NCBI GenBank assembly: GCA_017467165.1
Contig: JAFTST010000051.1
Span: forward strand, 78,488-142,487
DNA length: 64,000 nucleotides
Direction: 5' to 3'
From: Clostridia bacterium
Lineage (GTDB): Bacteria > Bacillota > Clostridia > Oscillospirales > CAG-272
The notes beneath the pieces were generated by a model. The model had not been told where the DNA came from and did no database searches. It worked only from the letters and a program-made list of their open reading frames with translations. Shown here in pieces: positions 53,929 to 63,600 of the stretch; position 1 is the first letter of the stretch, and each line of letters starts with the position of its first letter. Both the position numbers and the translations under genes were made by a program.

Positions 53929-55200
53929 ATGAAAAAGAAAATACTAAGCCTTCTTCTGTGTCTTGTTATGCTTTTGAGCCTTCTTAGCTCCTGTGGCGAG
54001 GGTAACCAAGCTACCGATGGCGAAGGACAAAACCAGGGTACTGCGGGCTCTGAGTTTTTTGGCAAGGAGCTAAGCAGAGAAAAGCTGGAATACGCCCTGG
54101 CTGAGGCTCTGAAAAAGATAGACTACGCCCTTCCGCAATTTACCGACAGGTTCCCGTCGCATAACAGCATTGACAACGTCTACTATGCCGTCGATAACGA
54201 CAGCGGCTGGACTACGGGCTTCTGGACGGGTATTTTGTGGCACGCCTACGAGCTTTCGGGCGACAGAAAATATCTTGATGCCGCTACCTCGCAGATTGAG
54301 TCCTACTACACCAGAATAGAAAACAAGGTTGGCGTCAACCATCACGATATGGGCTTTCTTTATACTCCGTCCTGTGTCGCGGCTTATAAGCTCACGGGTA
54401 ACGGGATGGCGAAGGAGGCGGCGGTTATGGCGGCTGACCATCTGATAACAAGATACCACGAGAGCGCTAAATTTATACAGGCCTGGGGCGAGGTCGGCGC
54501 GGAGGACAACTACCGCCTGATAGTCGATTGCCTTATGAATATTCCGCTTCTCTATTGGGCGACGGAGGTGACAGGTGATAGCAGATATAGGGAAGTCGCC
54601 TACAACCACTTCAGGACGACTCTCAGCGTCTGCTACCGTGAGGACGGAAGCACCTATCATACCTATTATTTTGACAAGACTACGGGCGCTCCGCTCAGAG
54701 GAGTTACAGCTCAGGGCGCGAGTGATGAATCCACCTGGTCGCGCGGTCAGGCTTGGGGTATGTACGGACCTCTGCTTACCTATATTTATACACAGGACAG
54801 CGCGGCTATTGATACCTTCAAGGCGACAGTCGACTACTATCTTCGGTATCTGCCAGAGGACTACGTTCCGTATTGGGATTTGTCCTTCACCTCGGGAGAC
54901 GAGCCAAGGGATTCCTCGAGCGCGGCGATAGCCCTCTGTGCGATTCTCGAGGGCATCAGGCATCTTGACGCCCTTGACCCCGACCGAGAGGTGTATATAT
55001 CCGCCGCGAAGAATATTATGAGCTCGCTTATCGACAACTATATAACTAGCGGTGTCCCGGAGGCTAACGGGCTTCTTCTGCACGCCACGTACAGCAAGCC
55101 CGACGGACTCGGAGTCGATGAAATGAATATATGGGGAGATTACTTCTATATTGAGGCTCTGCACAGAATGCTCGACCCCGAATGGGAGCCTTATTGGTAA
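53929..55200 (+). CDS. GH88-family unsaturated glucuronyl hydrolase, lipoprotein
   Basis: Lipobox LLSSCGEG. Motifs SGWTTGFWTGILW, DCLMNIPLLYWA and STWSRGQAWG. Confidence 0.8.
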   Translation: MKKKILSLLLCLVMLLSLLSSCGEGNQATDGEGQNQGTAGSEFFGKELSREKLEYALAEALKKIDYALPQFTDRFPSHNSIDNVYYAVDNDSGWTTGFWTGILWHAYELSGDRKYLDAATSQIESYYTRIENKVGVNHHDMGFLYTPSCVAAYKLTGNGMAKEAAVMAADHLITRYHESAKFIQAWGEVGAEDNYRLIVDCLMNIPLLYWATEVTGDSRYREVAYNHFRTTLSVCYREDGSTYHTYYFDKTTGAPLRGVTAQGASDESTWSRGQAWGMYGPLLTYIYTQDSAAIDTFKATVDYYLRYLPEDYVPYWDLSFTSGDEPRDSSSAAIALCAILEGIRHLDALDPDREVYISAAKNIMSSLIDNYITSGVPEANGLLLHATYSKPDGLGVDEMNIWGDYFYIEALHRMLDPEWEPYW

Positions 55201-55289
55201 CTCGGCTCGTCGAGTACGATTTATAATCGTTTCTCGAAATATGATTCAGATAGCAAATTAAAATTTGATCTCTTAATGATATTGTGTTT

Positions 55290-55333
55290 TAAAAAACAGT
55301 CAGAGGCGCAGTTTCGTCTGCGCCTCTTTTTTC
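55290..55333. terminator. Bidirectional terminator
   Basis: AAAAAA...AGAGGCGCAG-tttcgt-CTGCGCCTCT-TTTTTT. Confidence 0.8.
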
Positions 55334-55350
55334 TTATTCTGCGAGATTGA

Positions 55351-55797
55351 TTATCCTTTTTTCAACACCTTAGCGTATTTAATCGCGGTGTATGCGCCGC
55401 CTGTGTTGCTTGTCACATAGCAGATAACCAGATCCGCTTGCTCCACCATCCATTTGTTGCGTCGAGTTATGGCGCTCTTTGGGTGAGATTTTGAAACACA
55501 TCCGGGTATTATAACACTGTCGTAGTATTCTTCTAAGTATTCTATATCCCTCTTATTATAAGGAAGAACACATATTAGCTCGTTATTTTCTTTTCCGAAA
55601 GCCTTTTGGGCTCTTTTGATCACAGTAGCAGCATATATATCAAATTCTCCATCGCGTCCAATGTATATTTCCACGAAGCCTTCTGAGTATATCAGATTCT
55701 TTAATATTGGAAATAACTTTTCGTCAAGCATCAGGTGACCGTCAAAGTGACGGTGCCCGAAAAGAGCAACCCGACAGGTATTATCAGTCCATATCAT
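55351..55797 (-). CDS. SLOG-superfamily protein (DUF1273/YpsA-like)
   Basis: ALFGHRHF start of the Rossmann-like fold, EIYIGRDGEFDIYAA, VLPY and ADLVICYV...GGAY are collinear with YpsA-type proteins. AT-rich gene. Confidence 0.6.
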   Translation of the reverse strand: MIWTDNTCRVALFGHRHFDGHLMLDEKLFPILKNLIYSEGFVEIYIGRDGEFDIYAATVIKRAQKAFGKENNELICVLPYNKRDIEYLEEYYDSVIIPGCVSKSHPKSAITRRNKWMVEQADLVICYVTSNTGGAYTAIKYAKVLKKG

Positions 55798-55878
55798 AAC
55801 AATTCACCGGCGATTCTCTGATTGGAAAAAATCAGTTTGTTTTCAAGACTGATTATAGCATATTTTTTCAAAAATATC

Positions 55879-55962
55879 AACTATTAGTTATTGTGTCCTC
55901 CAAATATATTCTGTAATATTGCGAAATACTAATCTATACTTTTAGTTAGTCAGGGTAACTAA
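55879..55962. promoter_or_regulatory. Operator-like inverted repeats in the SLOG/XRE divergent region
   Basis: AACTATTAGTT palindrome (55879-89). TTAGTTA-gtcaggg-TAACTAA (55942-62) lies just upstream of the XRE gene RBS GGGAGGGA. Confidence 0.5.
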
Positions 55963-55980
55963 TATTTCGGGAGGGACTAT

Positions 55981-56313
55981 ATGAATACAGCATCTATAGG
56001 AAAGCGTATCAGAAAATACAGGGAAGCTAAGGGCTGGAGGCAGGAGGATTTTGCTGAGAAGATCGGATTGAGCGTTACTTATACCGGTATGATTGAGCGC
56101 GGAGAAAAGGTTCCTAAGCTTGAAACATTTATAACGATAGCTAACGCGCTTGAAGTGTCGGCGGATATGCTTCTTGCAGATGTGCTTACTGTTGGATATA
56201 ATATCAAGTCGAGCGAAATAACCGAGGAAATATCCGCTTTAACGGCGTCTGAGAGGGAAAGAATCTATAGCGTTGTTGAGGCAATGATAAGATTTGAGAA
56301 AAATCACGGATAG
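55981..56313 (+). CDS. XRE-family helix-turn-helix regulator
   Basis: IGKRIRKYREAKGWRQEDFAEKIGLSVTYTGMIERGEKVPKLETFITIANAL is an HTH_3 pattern. Confidence 0.8.
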   Translation: MNTASIGKRIRKYREAKGWRQEDFAEKIGLSVTYTGMIERGEKVPKLETFITIANALEVSADMLLADVLTVGYNIKSSEITEEISALTASERERIYSVVEAMIRFEKNHG

Positions 56314-56365
56314 ATCCGGAATTTCGCGCTATACAAAAAATCCTTGCTCTTCGGGGCAAGGATTT

Positions 56366-56689
56366 TTAAATTATTATTTCAATATCGAAATATCTCTCTT
56401 GAAAAAACGTCCTATCGAGGATTTCCTTTTCTGTCAGCTTGACGTTATCGGGCGCTACCACGAGCTTGTCCTCTGTATCGTTTTTCCTGTGGATTATAGC
56501 GACAACGCGCCCACGAAGCTCTGACACGGGGGTATCTATACCGAGCACGTACGCGTCAATCTCCTCGCCGTCACCCGCCACGGTGCCTTTAATATATCCG
56601 TAGTTCACAGGATAATACAGGTCGGGATAATCGGGGTGATAGGAGCCGAGGGGTCTGTCAACCGTTACCGTTACGATTTTTCCGAGCAT
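56366..56689 (-). CDS. Mini inorganic-pyrophosphatase-like protein (core of the family I PPase fold only)
   Basis: DRPLGSYHP...YPVNYGYIKGTVAGDGEEIDAYVLG...NDTEDKLVVAP resembles the central PPase segment. It is 107 aa versus about 170 aa. Confidence 0.5.
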   Translation of the reverse strand: MLGKIVTVTVDRPLGSYHPDYPDLYYPVNYGYIKGTVAGDGEEIDAYVLGIDTPVSELRGRVVAIIHRKNDTEDKLVVAPDNVKLTEKEILDRTFFQERYFDIEIII

Positions 56690-56699
56690 ATATGCGCCT

Positions 56700-56800
56700 C
56701 CTTGGGTTGTTGTATTTCATCATTGCGAAAGTGATACAACCTGCGGTTGATGATATCCTCGCCATAGGCGAGATGATATACCATTGCTTTCGCAATGGAT
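56700..56800 (-). promoter_or_regulatory. Structured leader upstream of the mini-PPase gene (three hairpins)
   Basis: GTTGTAT (56707-13)/ATACAAC (56734-40). CTCGCC-ATA-GGCGAG (56758-72). CCATTGC-TTTC-GCAATGG (56781-98), which is a GAAA tetraloop on the minus strand. Confidence 0.4.
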
Positions 56801-56838
56801 AAAAAAATACTGCAGAAAGAATTTTCTGCAGTATTTTT
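56800..56838 (-). terminator. Terminator of tRNA-Lys
   Basis: TACTGCAGAAA...TTTCTGCAGTA stem flanked by an A7 run on the plus strand. Confidence 0.8.
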
Positions 56839-56839
56839 C

Positions 56840-56915
56840 TGGTGCACCCTCAGGGACTCGAACCCTGGACCCACTGATTAAGAGTCAGTTGCTCTACCAG
56901 CTGAGCTAAGGGTGC
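56840..56915 (-). tRNA. tRNA-Lys (anticodon CTT), CCA encoded
   Basis: Reverse complement is GCACCCTTAGCTCAGCTGGTAGAGCAACTGACTCTTAATCAGTGGGTCCAGGGTTCGAGTCCCTGAGGGTGCACCA. Anticodon loop CTCTTAA. Confidence 0.9.
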
Positions 56916-57056
56916 GTGCTTCTCTCAAAGCGAGAGTTATTATATCACACACCTCTGGATTTTGCAAGAGGTTTTTTGGAAGAAAACAATATATGCAATA
57001 TTATAGTTAAAATATGGGATAACAATTGCATAATGTGTTGTGGCGCGGCTTTAATT

Positions 57057-57770
57057 TCAGGTGCGTCCTTCGTCTGCTTGACGCTCAGGTCTGTATACGC
57101 GCAGCTCCCGTGGCAGCTCGCCACATCTTTTGATAATAACAGCCCCCGTCACAGAGCCGAGGGTGGCTCCCAGCGTGTCTATAATCAGGTCGGTCATAGT
57201 GTCCGAAAGCGCCGCCCTGCCCGAAAGGGCGACGAGCCTCTGTCCTGCCTCCTCGGAATAGGCGAATTTCTGCATGTTCAGTCCAAGAATTCCGTCAAAG
57301 GCGAATTCATATATCTCCCACAGCACACCGATAAGCAGAGTGAAGCTGAGCGCGAAAAGCCCGAGAGCCAAGGGCGAGAGGCGGCAGTCGCGGGTGAGAA
57401 GAGAGGGAATGGAGAGGGCGAAAAGAGAGAGCAGGATGGCGCTCGCTCCGTGCAGTATGTCGTCGAAGGGCGGGAAGCGGTAATACATCAGTGCGACCTC
57501 GCCGAGAAATATAGAGCAGAAGATAAAAAGGGTATAGGATACGACAAGCGCGCTCGGGATATATAAGCCCGCCTGCTTTTCAAGAAAAATGGGGACTCGA
57601 AGGAAAAACAAACCCATAACGAGCTGAAAAATTATCAGCCTCACCCCGTCACCCTCGCCCTCGGAGATGGCAGAAACTATAACCGAAATCAACGCGAAAA
57701 CGAAAGCGGACGAGGTGGCGGAGTATAGTATTCTCACTCTCCCCTTTTCCTTTATTTTTCTGCCTTCCAT
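57057..57770 (-). CDS. Polytopic membrane protein (YjdF/DUF2238-like motifs)
   Basis: FDDILHGASAILL and VLWEIYEFAFD motifs, 6-7 TM helices. Start ATG 57770 has an AAGGAG RBS; the track start at 57806 is a GTG. Confidence 0.45.
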   Translation of the reverse strand: MEGRKIKEKGRVRILYSATSSAFVFALISVIVSAISEGEGDGVRLIIFQLVMGLFFLRVPIFLEKQAGLYIPSALVVSYTLFIFCSIFLGEVALMYYRFPPFDDILHGASAILLSLFALSIPSLLTRDCRLSPLALGLFALSFTLLIGVLWEIYEFAFDGILGLNMQKFAYSEEAGQRLVALSGRAALSDTMTDLIIDTLGATLGSVTGAVIIKRCGELPRELRVYRPERQADEGRT

Positions 57771-57845
57771 CACAAGCTCCTTGTCGTTCCCCGAAGAAAA
57801 AAACACGGGGAATATGCACCCCGTGTTAAAAAATGGCTATAAACG

Positions 57846-58571
57846 TCAGCTTTCCTCGGAGGAACCCCCCTTCATACCCGACAAGCGAAGAATGACCTCG
57901 CCGGCAAGGATAAGTCCGACAACGGATGGCACGAAGGAAATACTGCCCGGAACTCTCTCTCCCTCCCTTTTTCTCGGCTCCTCGTCCGAAAAGACGACGG
58001 GAAGGTGGTTTATACCTCTTTTCCGAAGCTCTATCCTGACCGCCTTCGCCAAGGGGTCGGTGTGGGTGCGGCTGATGTCAGACACTCTGAAGCGAGTAGG
58101 GTCAAGCTTGTTGCCTGCGCCCATTGAGGATATGATAGGCACTCCGAGCCTTTTCGCCTCGGAGATGAGAAAAACCTTCGCTCCGACGCTGTCGATGGCG
58201 TCAATTATGAAGTCACAGGCCGAAAGGTCTACGCTGTCCTTGGTTTTCTCGGAATAAAAAACGTTTATACACTCGACAGTACAGTCGGGGTTGATTTCTT
58301 TTATTCTTTCCCGCGCAGCCTCGGTTTTATACAAGCCAACCGTTTTTTGTGTGGCTATTATCTGTCGGTTTATATTCGTCAGGTTGACTCTGTCGGCATC
58401 AACGAGAAGAAGACCGCCGACTCCCGCCCTGGCAAGAGCCTCCACGGCATAGCCGCCAACTCCACCGACTCCTATGACGGCAACCCTGCTGTTTCTCAGC
58501 CTGTCAACGCCCTCGTCGGTGAGCATCATCGCTGTTCTCGTATAAATGTTTTCGCTATCGGTATATCTCAT
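57846..58571 (-). CDS. tcdA: tRNA threonylcarbamoyladenosine dehydratase (ThiF/E1-like)
   Basis: RVAVIGVGGVGGYAVEALARAGVG nucleotide-binding motif. Start ATG 58571 has an AAAGGAGAA RBS; the track start at 58745 is too long. Confidence 0.75.
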   Translation of the reverse strand: MRYTDSENIYTRTAMMLTDEGVDRLRNSRVAVIGVGGVGGYAVEALARAGVGGLLLVDADRVNLTNINRQIIATQKTVGLYKTEAARERIKEINPDCTVECINVFYSEKTKDSVDLSACDFIIDAIDSVGAKVFLISEAKRLGVPIISSMGAGNKLDPTRFRVSDISRTHTDPLAKAVRIELRKRGINHLPVVFSDEEPRKREGERVPGSISFVPSVVGLILAGEVILRLSGMKGGSSEES

Positions 58572-58808
58572 GTTTTCTCCTTTAGGTGGGGATATGTGTG
58601 TGATTTTGTCGACTTGTTGTGCGGTATATGTAAATAATAGATTACATAGCTTCTGTGACAAACCTCCCCTGAGGCGCCTTGTGCGCCTGTATCCTCGCTC
58701 TTTTTCACTCGTATTATAACATTTCTTCGGGCTTGTTGTCAACAAAGTGTTGATTTATTGCTCACAAGGTTGTATAATAGAGTATATCAACGAGTCTAAG
58801 GAGAAAAT

Positions 58809-60356
58809 ATGCTTTCCAAAATATACAGCTCCGGTGTCTTTGGCATAGATGGCTTTCAGGTTACCGTAGAGTGCAGCGCTTGGGACAGAATACCGAAATT
58901 TGAGCTCGTCGGACTTCCCGATACGGCTGTCAAGGAGGCGAAGGGCAGAGTGCAGTCCGCCTGTGAGAACAGCGGCTTCGTTTTCCCCGCGCTTGATATT
59001 CTCATTAACCTTGCTCCAGCTGACGTCAAGAAGGAGGGCACGGTCTTTGACCTTGCTATTCTCCTGTCAATTCTTCAGTGCGACGGTATCGTTCCGAGAG
59101 AGCTCGACTTCTTCGACAAGTGCATCATAGGAGAGCTGTCGCTCTCGGGTGAGGTCAGAGCCGTCAGCGGAGTTCTTCCAATGGTTATTTCAGCCCGCGA
59201 CCTCGGTATGCGCGAGGTTTTCGTGCCTCAGGACAACGCTAACGAGGCTTCTATGGTTTCGGGAATAACCGTGTACGGCGTGTCAACTCTGCGCCAGCTC
59301 GTCTGTCATTTTCGCGGCGAGGAGCTTATGACGCCCACCGAGCCGAGCTACGACAAGGTCGACCTATCGTATCACGAGGATATGGCAGATTTTTCCGACG
59401 TGTGCGGTCAGCTCAGAGCGAAGCGCGCGATGGAAATTGCCGCCGCAGGCGGACATAACATTCTTATGATAGGCCCGCCTGGCACGGGAAAGTCAATGCT
59501 TGCGAAAAGACTGCCGTCGATACTCCCTGATATGAGCTTTGAGGAGGCGCTTGAAACCACGAAGATACACTCGGTTGCGGGAAATCTTCGCGCAGGGCTC
59601 GTCACGGAAAGGCCCTTCCGTTCTCCCCATCACAATGTCAGTATGCCGGGTCTTATCGGTGGCGGAGCGCATCCGCGCCCCGGTGAAATCTCGCTCGCCC
59701 ATAACGGTGTTCTGTTCTTAGATGAGCTGCCAGAGTTCTCCAAGACTGTTACCGAGGGCTTAAGACAGCCGCTTGAGGACGGCGTTGTCACCGTGACCCG
59801 AGCAGCAGCGAAAATAACCTATCCCTCAAAATTTATGCTCGTCTGCGCGATGAACCCCTGTCGGTGCGGCTACTTCGGCGACCCTGTCAAGCAGTGCACC
59901 TGCACTCCTGCCGCGGCGGCGAAATATCTGGATAAGCTTTCGGGGCCTCTGCTTGACAGAATTGATATTGAAATCGAGCTGCCCTCGGTGTCATACAGCG
60001 AGCTCTCGGGAAAGGGAAAGCGCGGAGAGCCCTCGCGAGAGATAAGAAAGAGAGTCAACGCCGCTCGAGCCTTCGCTAACAAGAGGCTCTCTTGTGCGGG
60101 TGACAAGCCCGGTGTGCTTAACGCCAATATGCCCGTCGAGATGATGAGGCGTCACTGCGTACTGACAGAGGCGGCGGAAAAGCTTATGAAGAACGCCTTC
60201 GAGAGCCTTGGACTTTCTGCCAGAGGTCACGACCGCGTTCTGCGGGTTGCCCGTACAATTGCAGACCTTGACGAGAGTGCGGTTATTGACGAGGACCATA
60301 TCGCCGAGGCTATTATGTATCGCTCGCTCGACAGAAAGTATTGGAAGCGCGGATAA
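58809..60356 (+). CDS. comM: YifB/ComM-family Mg-chelatase-like AAA+ ATPase
   Basis: Lon-like N-terminal domain, Walker A LMIGPPGTGKSMLAKRL and Walker B GVLFLDELPEF. Confidence 0.85.
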   Translation: MLSKIYSSGVFGIDGFQVTVECSAWDRIPKFELVGLPDTAVKEAKGRVQSACENSGFVFPALDILINLAPADVKKEGTVFDLAILLSILQCDGIVPRELDFFDKCIIGELSLSGEVRAVSGVLPMVISARDLGMREVFVPQDNANEASMVSGITVYGVSTLRQLVCHFRGEELMTPTEPSYDKVDLSYHEDMADFSDVCGQLRAKRAMEIAAAGGHNILMIGPPGTGKSMLAKRLPSILPDMSFEEALETTKIHSVAGNLRAGLVTERPFRSPHHNVSMPGLIGGGAHPRPGEISLAHNGVLFLDELPEFSKTVTEGLRQPLEDGVVTVTRAAAKITYPSKFMLVCAMNPCRCGYFGDPVKQCTCTPAAAAKYLDKLSGPLLDRIDIEIELPSVSYSELSGKGKRGEPSREIRKRVNAARAFANKRLSCAGDKPGVLNANMPVEMMRRHCVLTEAAEKLMKNAFESLGLSARGHDRVLRVARTIADLDESAVIDEDHIAEAIMYRSLDRKYWKRG

Positions 60357-60512
60357 TTTTCCCGTTATTTCAAGATGCATAGAGGGCGTGTCGAGTTTTA
60401 TCGCACTTTTGTCCGTCGAGATATTGATAAGTCGAAGGACTGTGAATGTGAAAATGTAAACCTTTGTTTTCGTTGCGGCAGGGCGCTTGCCGATACTGCC
60501 GCCGATTAGCGT

Positions 60513-60550
60513 GGGCGAGGGGGCTTTATTCCCCCTCGCCCTATATTTAT
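60513..60550 (+). terminator. Hairpin terminator after comM
   Basis: GGGCGAGGGGG-ctttatt-CCCCCTCGCCC, a perfect 11-bp stem followed by a T-rich tract. Confidence 0.6.
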
Positions 60551-60600
60551 TGAAAAAGTAGAAGATTATATGCAGATTAAACAAAAATCACCCGCGCGTA

Positions 60601-60629
60601 TTGAATAGGGCGCCCGCGAGTGATATAAT
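60601..60629 (+). promoter_or_regulatory. Sigma-A promoter of the giant ORF
   Basis: TTGAAT (60601-06), 17 nt, TGaTATAAT (TATAAT at 60624-29). RBS AAGGAGAG at 60651-58. Confidence 0.7.
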
Positions 60630-60662
60630 TGTGTCAGAAAAGTCTCGTATAAGGAGAGAAAT

Positions 60663-63600
60663 ATGAAAAATCTAAAGAAAATTCTGGTCGTTCTGTGTGT
60701 CATAGCGGCTCTGTCTGTGGGAGCAGTTCTGGCTTCCTTCGCCGCCGATGTGAGCTATACAGGCACGATGGATAAGCTGACGCCTCTGATTGACGACGTG
60801 CCTGTTCAGGCTGTCAATGGCACTGATATGACCTATAACGCACTCAAGAGAGTCATCAATTACCTGACAAAGACTCCTGTGAATCCCAATTCCGCGGGAT
60901 ACAAGGAGAAGATGGCGACTCTTGACCCATATATAGCTGATACTATTAACGCTTATTCGGATTTGGCTGTCGCTGCGTCCGATACCCAGGAAAAGAAGAG
61001 CCACCTCAACAAGATTGTTAATCTTGTCGAAGGCTTTGGCGTTAAGGACGAGGCTCTTGTTTCAAGCTATCACGCCGCGGCTATCTCTACCGCCGATGCT
61101 TTTCTCAACGTCGGACTCGCTCCCGAGACAACCGCCTTCGCGGACGTTAAGGGCGCATATGACACGGCTATGGATATCATCAGGACGGCTTCTGTCAATG
61201 ACGAGGGGCTTAACGCGAAGATAACCCAGCTTGCCGAGAAGATGCTCGTCACTTACCTGAACGCTATTGATACAGCCTCCGGTATGCTTGCCAAGGACAA
61301 GGCGATTGACGAGGCTCTCGCATTCCTCGCTGACGCGGGCATCGATGATGAGACCAACGTTGCTAAAATAACCTCCAAGATACCCAAGGCTCTTCTGGAC
61401 TCTTGCGGCGCTATATCCTCAATTGACAGCAGCGTCGGCAAGAACAGCGAGCTCTCCGATATAAGCAGCTTTATCACTAAGCACAACCTTACGGACGAGG
61501 CGTCCGTTTCCGCCTTTGAGAGCGCGGCATTCGTCGTTGCCGAGGGCTTTCTCGGTGATATCGAGGATACCAAGGTTGAGAGCACTGCCCAGAATGCAAT
61601 AAAGGTTAACCTCCTTCAGAGCTTCGTTGACAAGGGCTATCTTAACCCCGAAACCAATGAGGAGTATGCGGCGCTTCTTCAGGATTTTGAGGCCAGAAAG
61701 GCGCTTCAGGCGGCTGCTAAGGAAGCCAACAAACAGGCGATGCTTGCTCAGTCGACGCTTCCCGACTACGATATGTCTACCCTTATCGATACCGATTTCT
61801 CCAGCGGAAGAAACCCCTTCGCCTCCTCCCCCGGCTCCGTTCAGAACAAGGGAACCAACTTCGCAGGCCTCAGCAACGGTACCTTCACCATCACCTACGG
61901 CGGCTCCCAGACGAACGGTAATACCTACGCCGAGTACAGATTCCCGGATAACACCGGACTTAAGGGTCTTGTAGTTGACTTTGATTTCTGTACCTTCTCC
62001 GCGCTTCCTTACGGAGGCTTCTCGCTTGAGGGAGGCGGTATTTCTCCCATAGGAAAGATTCCCGACGGCTACAACGTTATGAGCGGCGGTAATATAGTGG
62101 TTTATCCCACTTACTTCTGGATTGACGTTGACGGTACCGTATATGCTAACGACGGCAATAACACGGCACTGTTGGAGAATTCTCTCGTTCCCGGTCAGTG
62201 GATGCACTACACCTGTATATTCAATAACGACGATTTCACCTTCTCCCTGTATTGCGAATACGAGCTTCTAGGAACCTATCCCGCCAATTTCTTCCGCGAC
62301 GGCTCTTATACCGAAATGACCTACGACCTTATCCGCGCGAGATTCAACGGAAGCACCACGGGTAGCGGCGAATTCTCGCTCGATAACCTTCAGGTTTATC
62401 AGGGAACCACCCTTCGTGATATCGGCTTGCTCGAAAGACTTGCGGGCGAGGAGAGGTTTACATATTTTGCAAATTACTATCTCGATGAGAACCGCGACGT
62501 AATGGGCAGAAAACTCGCGTATAACGAGGTTAGCAGACTTCTTCCTGAATATTGGGAGTGGACCAACGCCGAAAAGACCGAGGGTAATTATCTTACTGAA
62601 AACGCAGAAATACGCGCCCTCATTGATGACATCAACGCCTTTGACTACGACGGCTTCAGCAGGAAGCTCAGAGCGCACAACCTCAGCGAGTTTTCTGCGA
62701 GAGTAGATGACTTTTCGGAAATGCTACGCAACCTTGACGTCGTTAACATATCCGACCGCATCAAGGTAGCCAACAGTATAGACGAGTTTATCACCAAGAC
62801 GGGTAACGATATTGATAGAAACGACCAATACGACGCCACCAACAAGCTCTTCCTCAGGCTGAGGACCGAGGCGTACACCGACAGCAACAGCCTTGAGTTT
62901 ATCAAATGGGTGAAGAGATGTCATAATATGACAACCCTCTCCGCTAAGCAGAAATACTACGACAAGGCTACCGAGTGCCTTTATATGGAGGGCTGTCCTA
63001 TTGACGTATCCGACGAGCTTCTTAACAGAGAGGGCTTTGAGGAGCTGAAGGCGGCGTATGCGCTCTATCTGAATTCACTCGCAGAAATCGAGACAACACA
63101 GAGAAACGAGAACTCCAAGAAGATAATTGCTTGTGTTGACCTTATTTCCAAGTATCAAAGAGATGAATGGGACGCTAACTACGAATATATCAGCAGATTC
63201 GTTTCCATCATTCGTACCATTGTCAATGAAAACAACTACAATGCCGCTTACGAGGGACTTGTTGATGCTATCGAGATATACAGCGAGTATAACGAATACT
63301 TCTACTCTGTTCTTCAGCAGAGACATATCGATGAGCTGACAGCGCGTCTTGAGTACGTCGCCAACAACGACGCGTATATCGAGAAGAGCGGAACGCTGGC
63401 TTATATCGGAAGATATCTTGAAGCTAATAAGGACAATATAGACCCCGATAACGAGATTATCAACGACCTTGTCCGCAAGTATGAAACTGCTCTTGCAGAG
63501 GTCAAGTTCAGGGAAGAAGACTATGATAAGGTCCTCGTGCAGAACGCGCACTACTTCGTCGCGCTCGTAGAGAAAATGCGCATCACCGAGACCTACAGCG

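Noticed and set aside
54070-55164. 364-aa minus-strand ORF antisense to the GH88 gene
   Set aside because: It is a shadow ORF inside a gene with clear GH88 motifs.
56671-56874. 67-aa minus-strand ORF
   Set aside because: It overlaps tRNA-Lys and its terminator.
55200-56915. Classical genomic island integrated at tRNA-Lys
   Set aside because: There is no integrase or recombinase. I could not find a direct repeat of the tRNA 3' end at the distal boundary. Only the compositional shift supports acquisition, so it is reported as a cassette and not called a mobile element.
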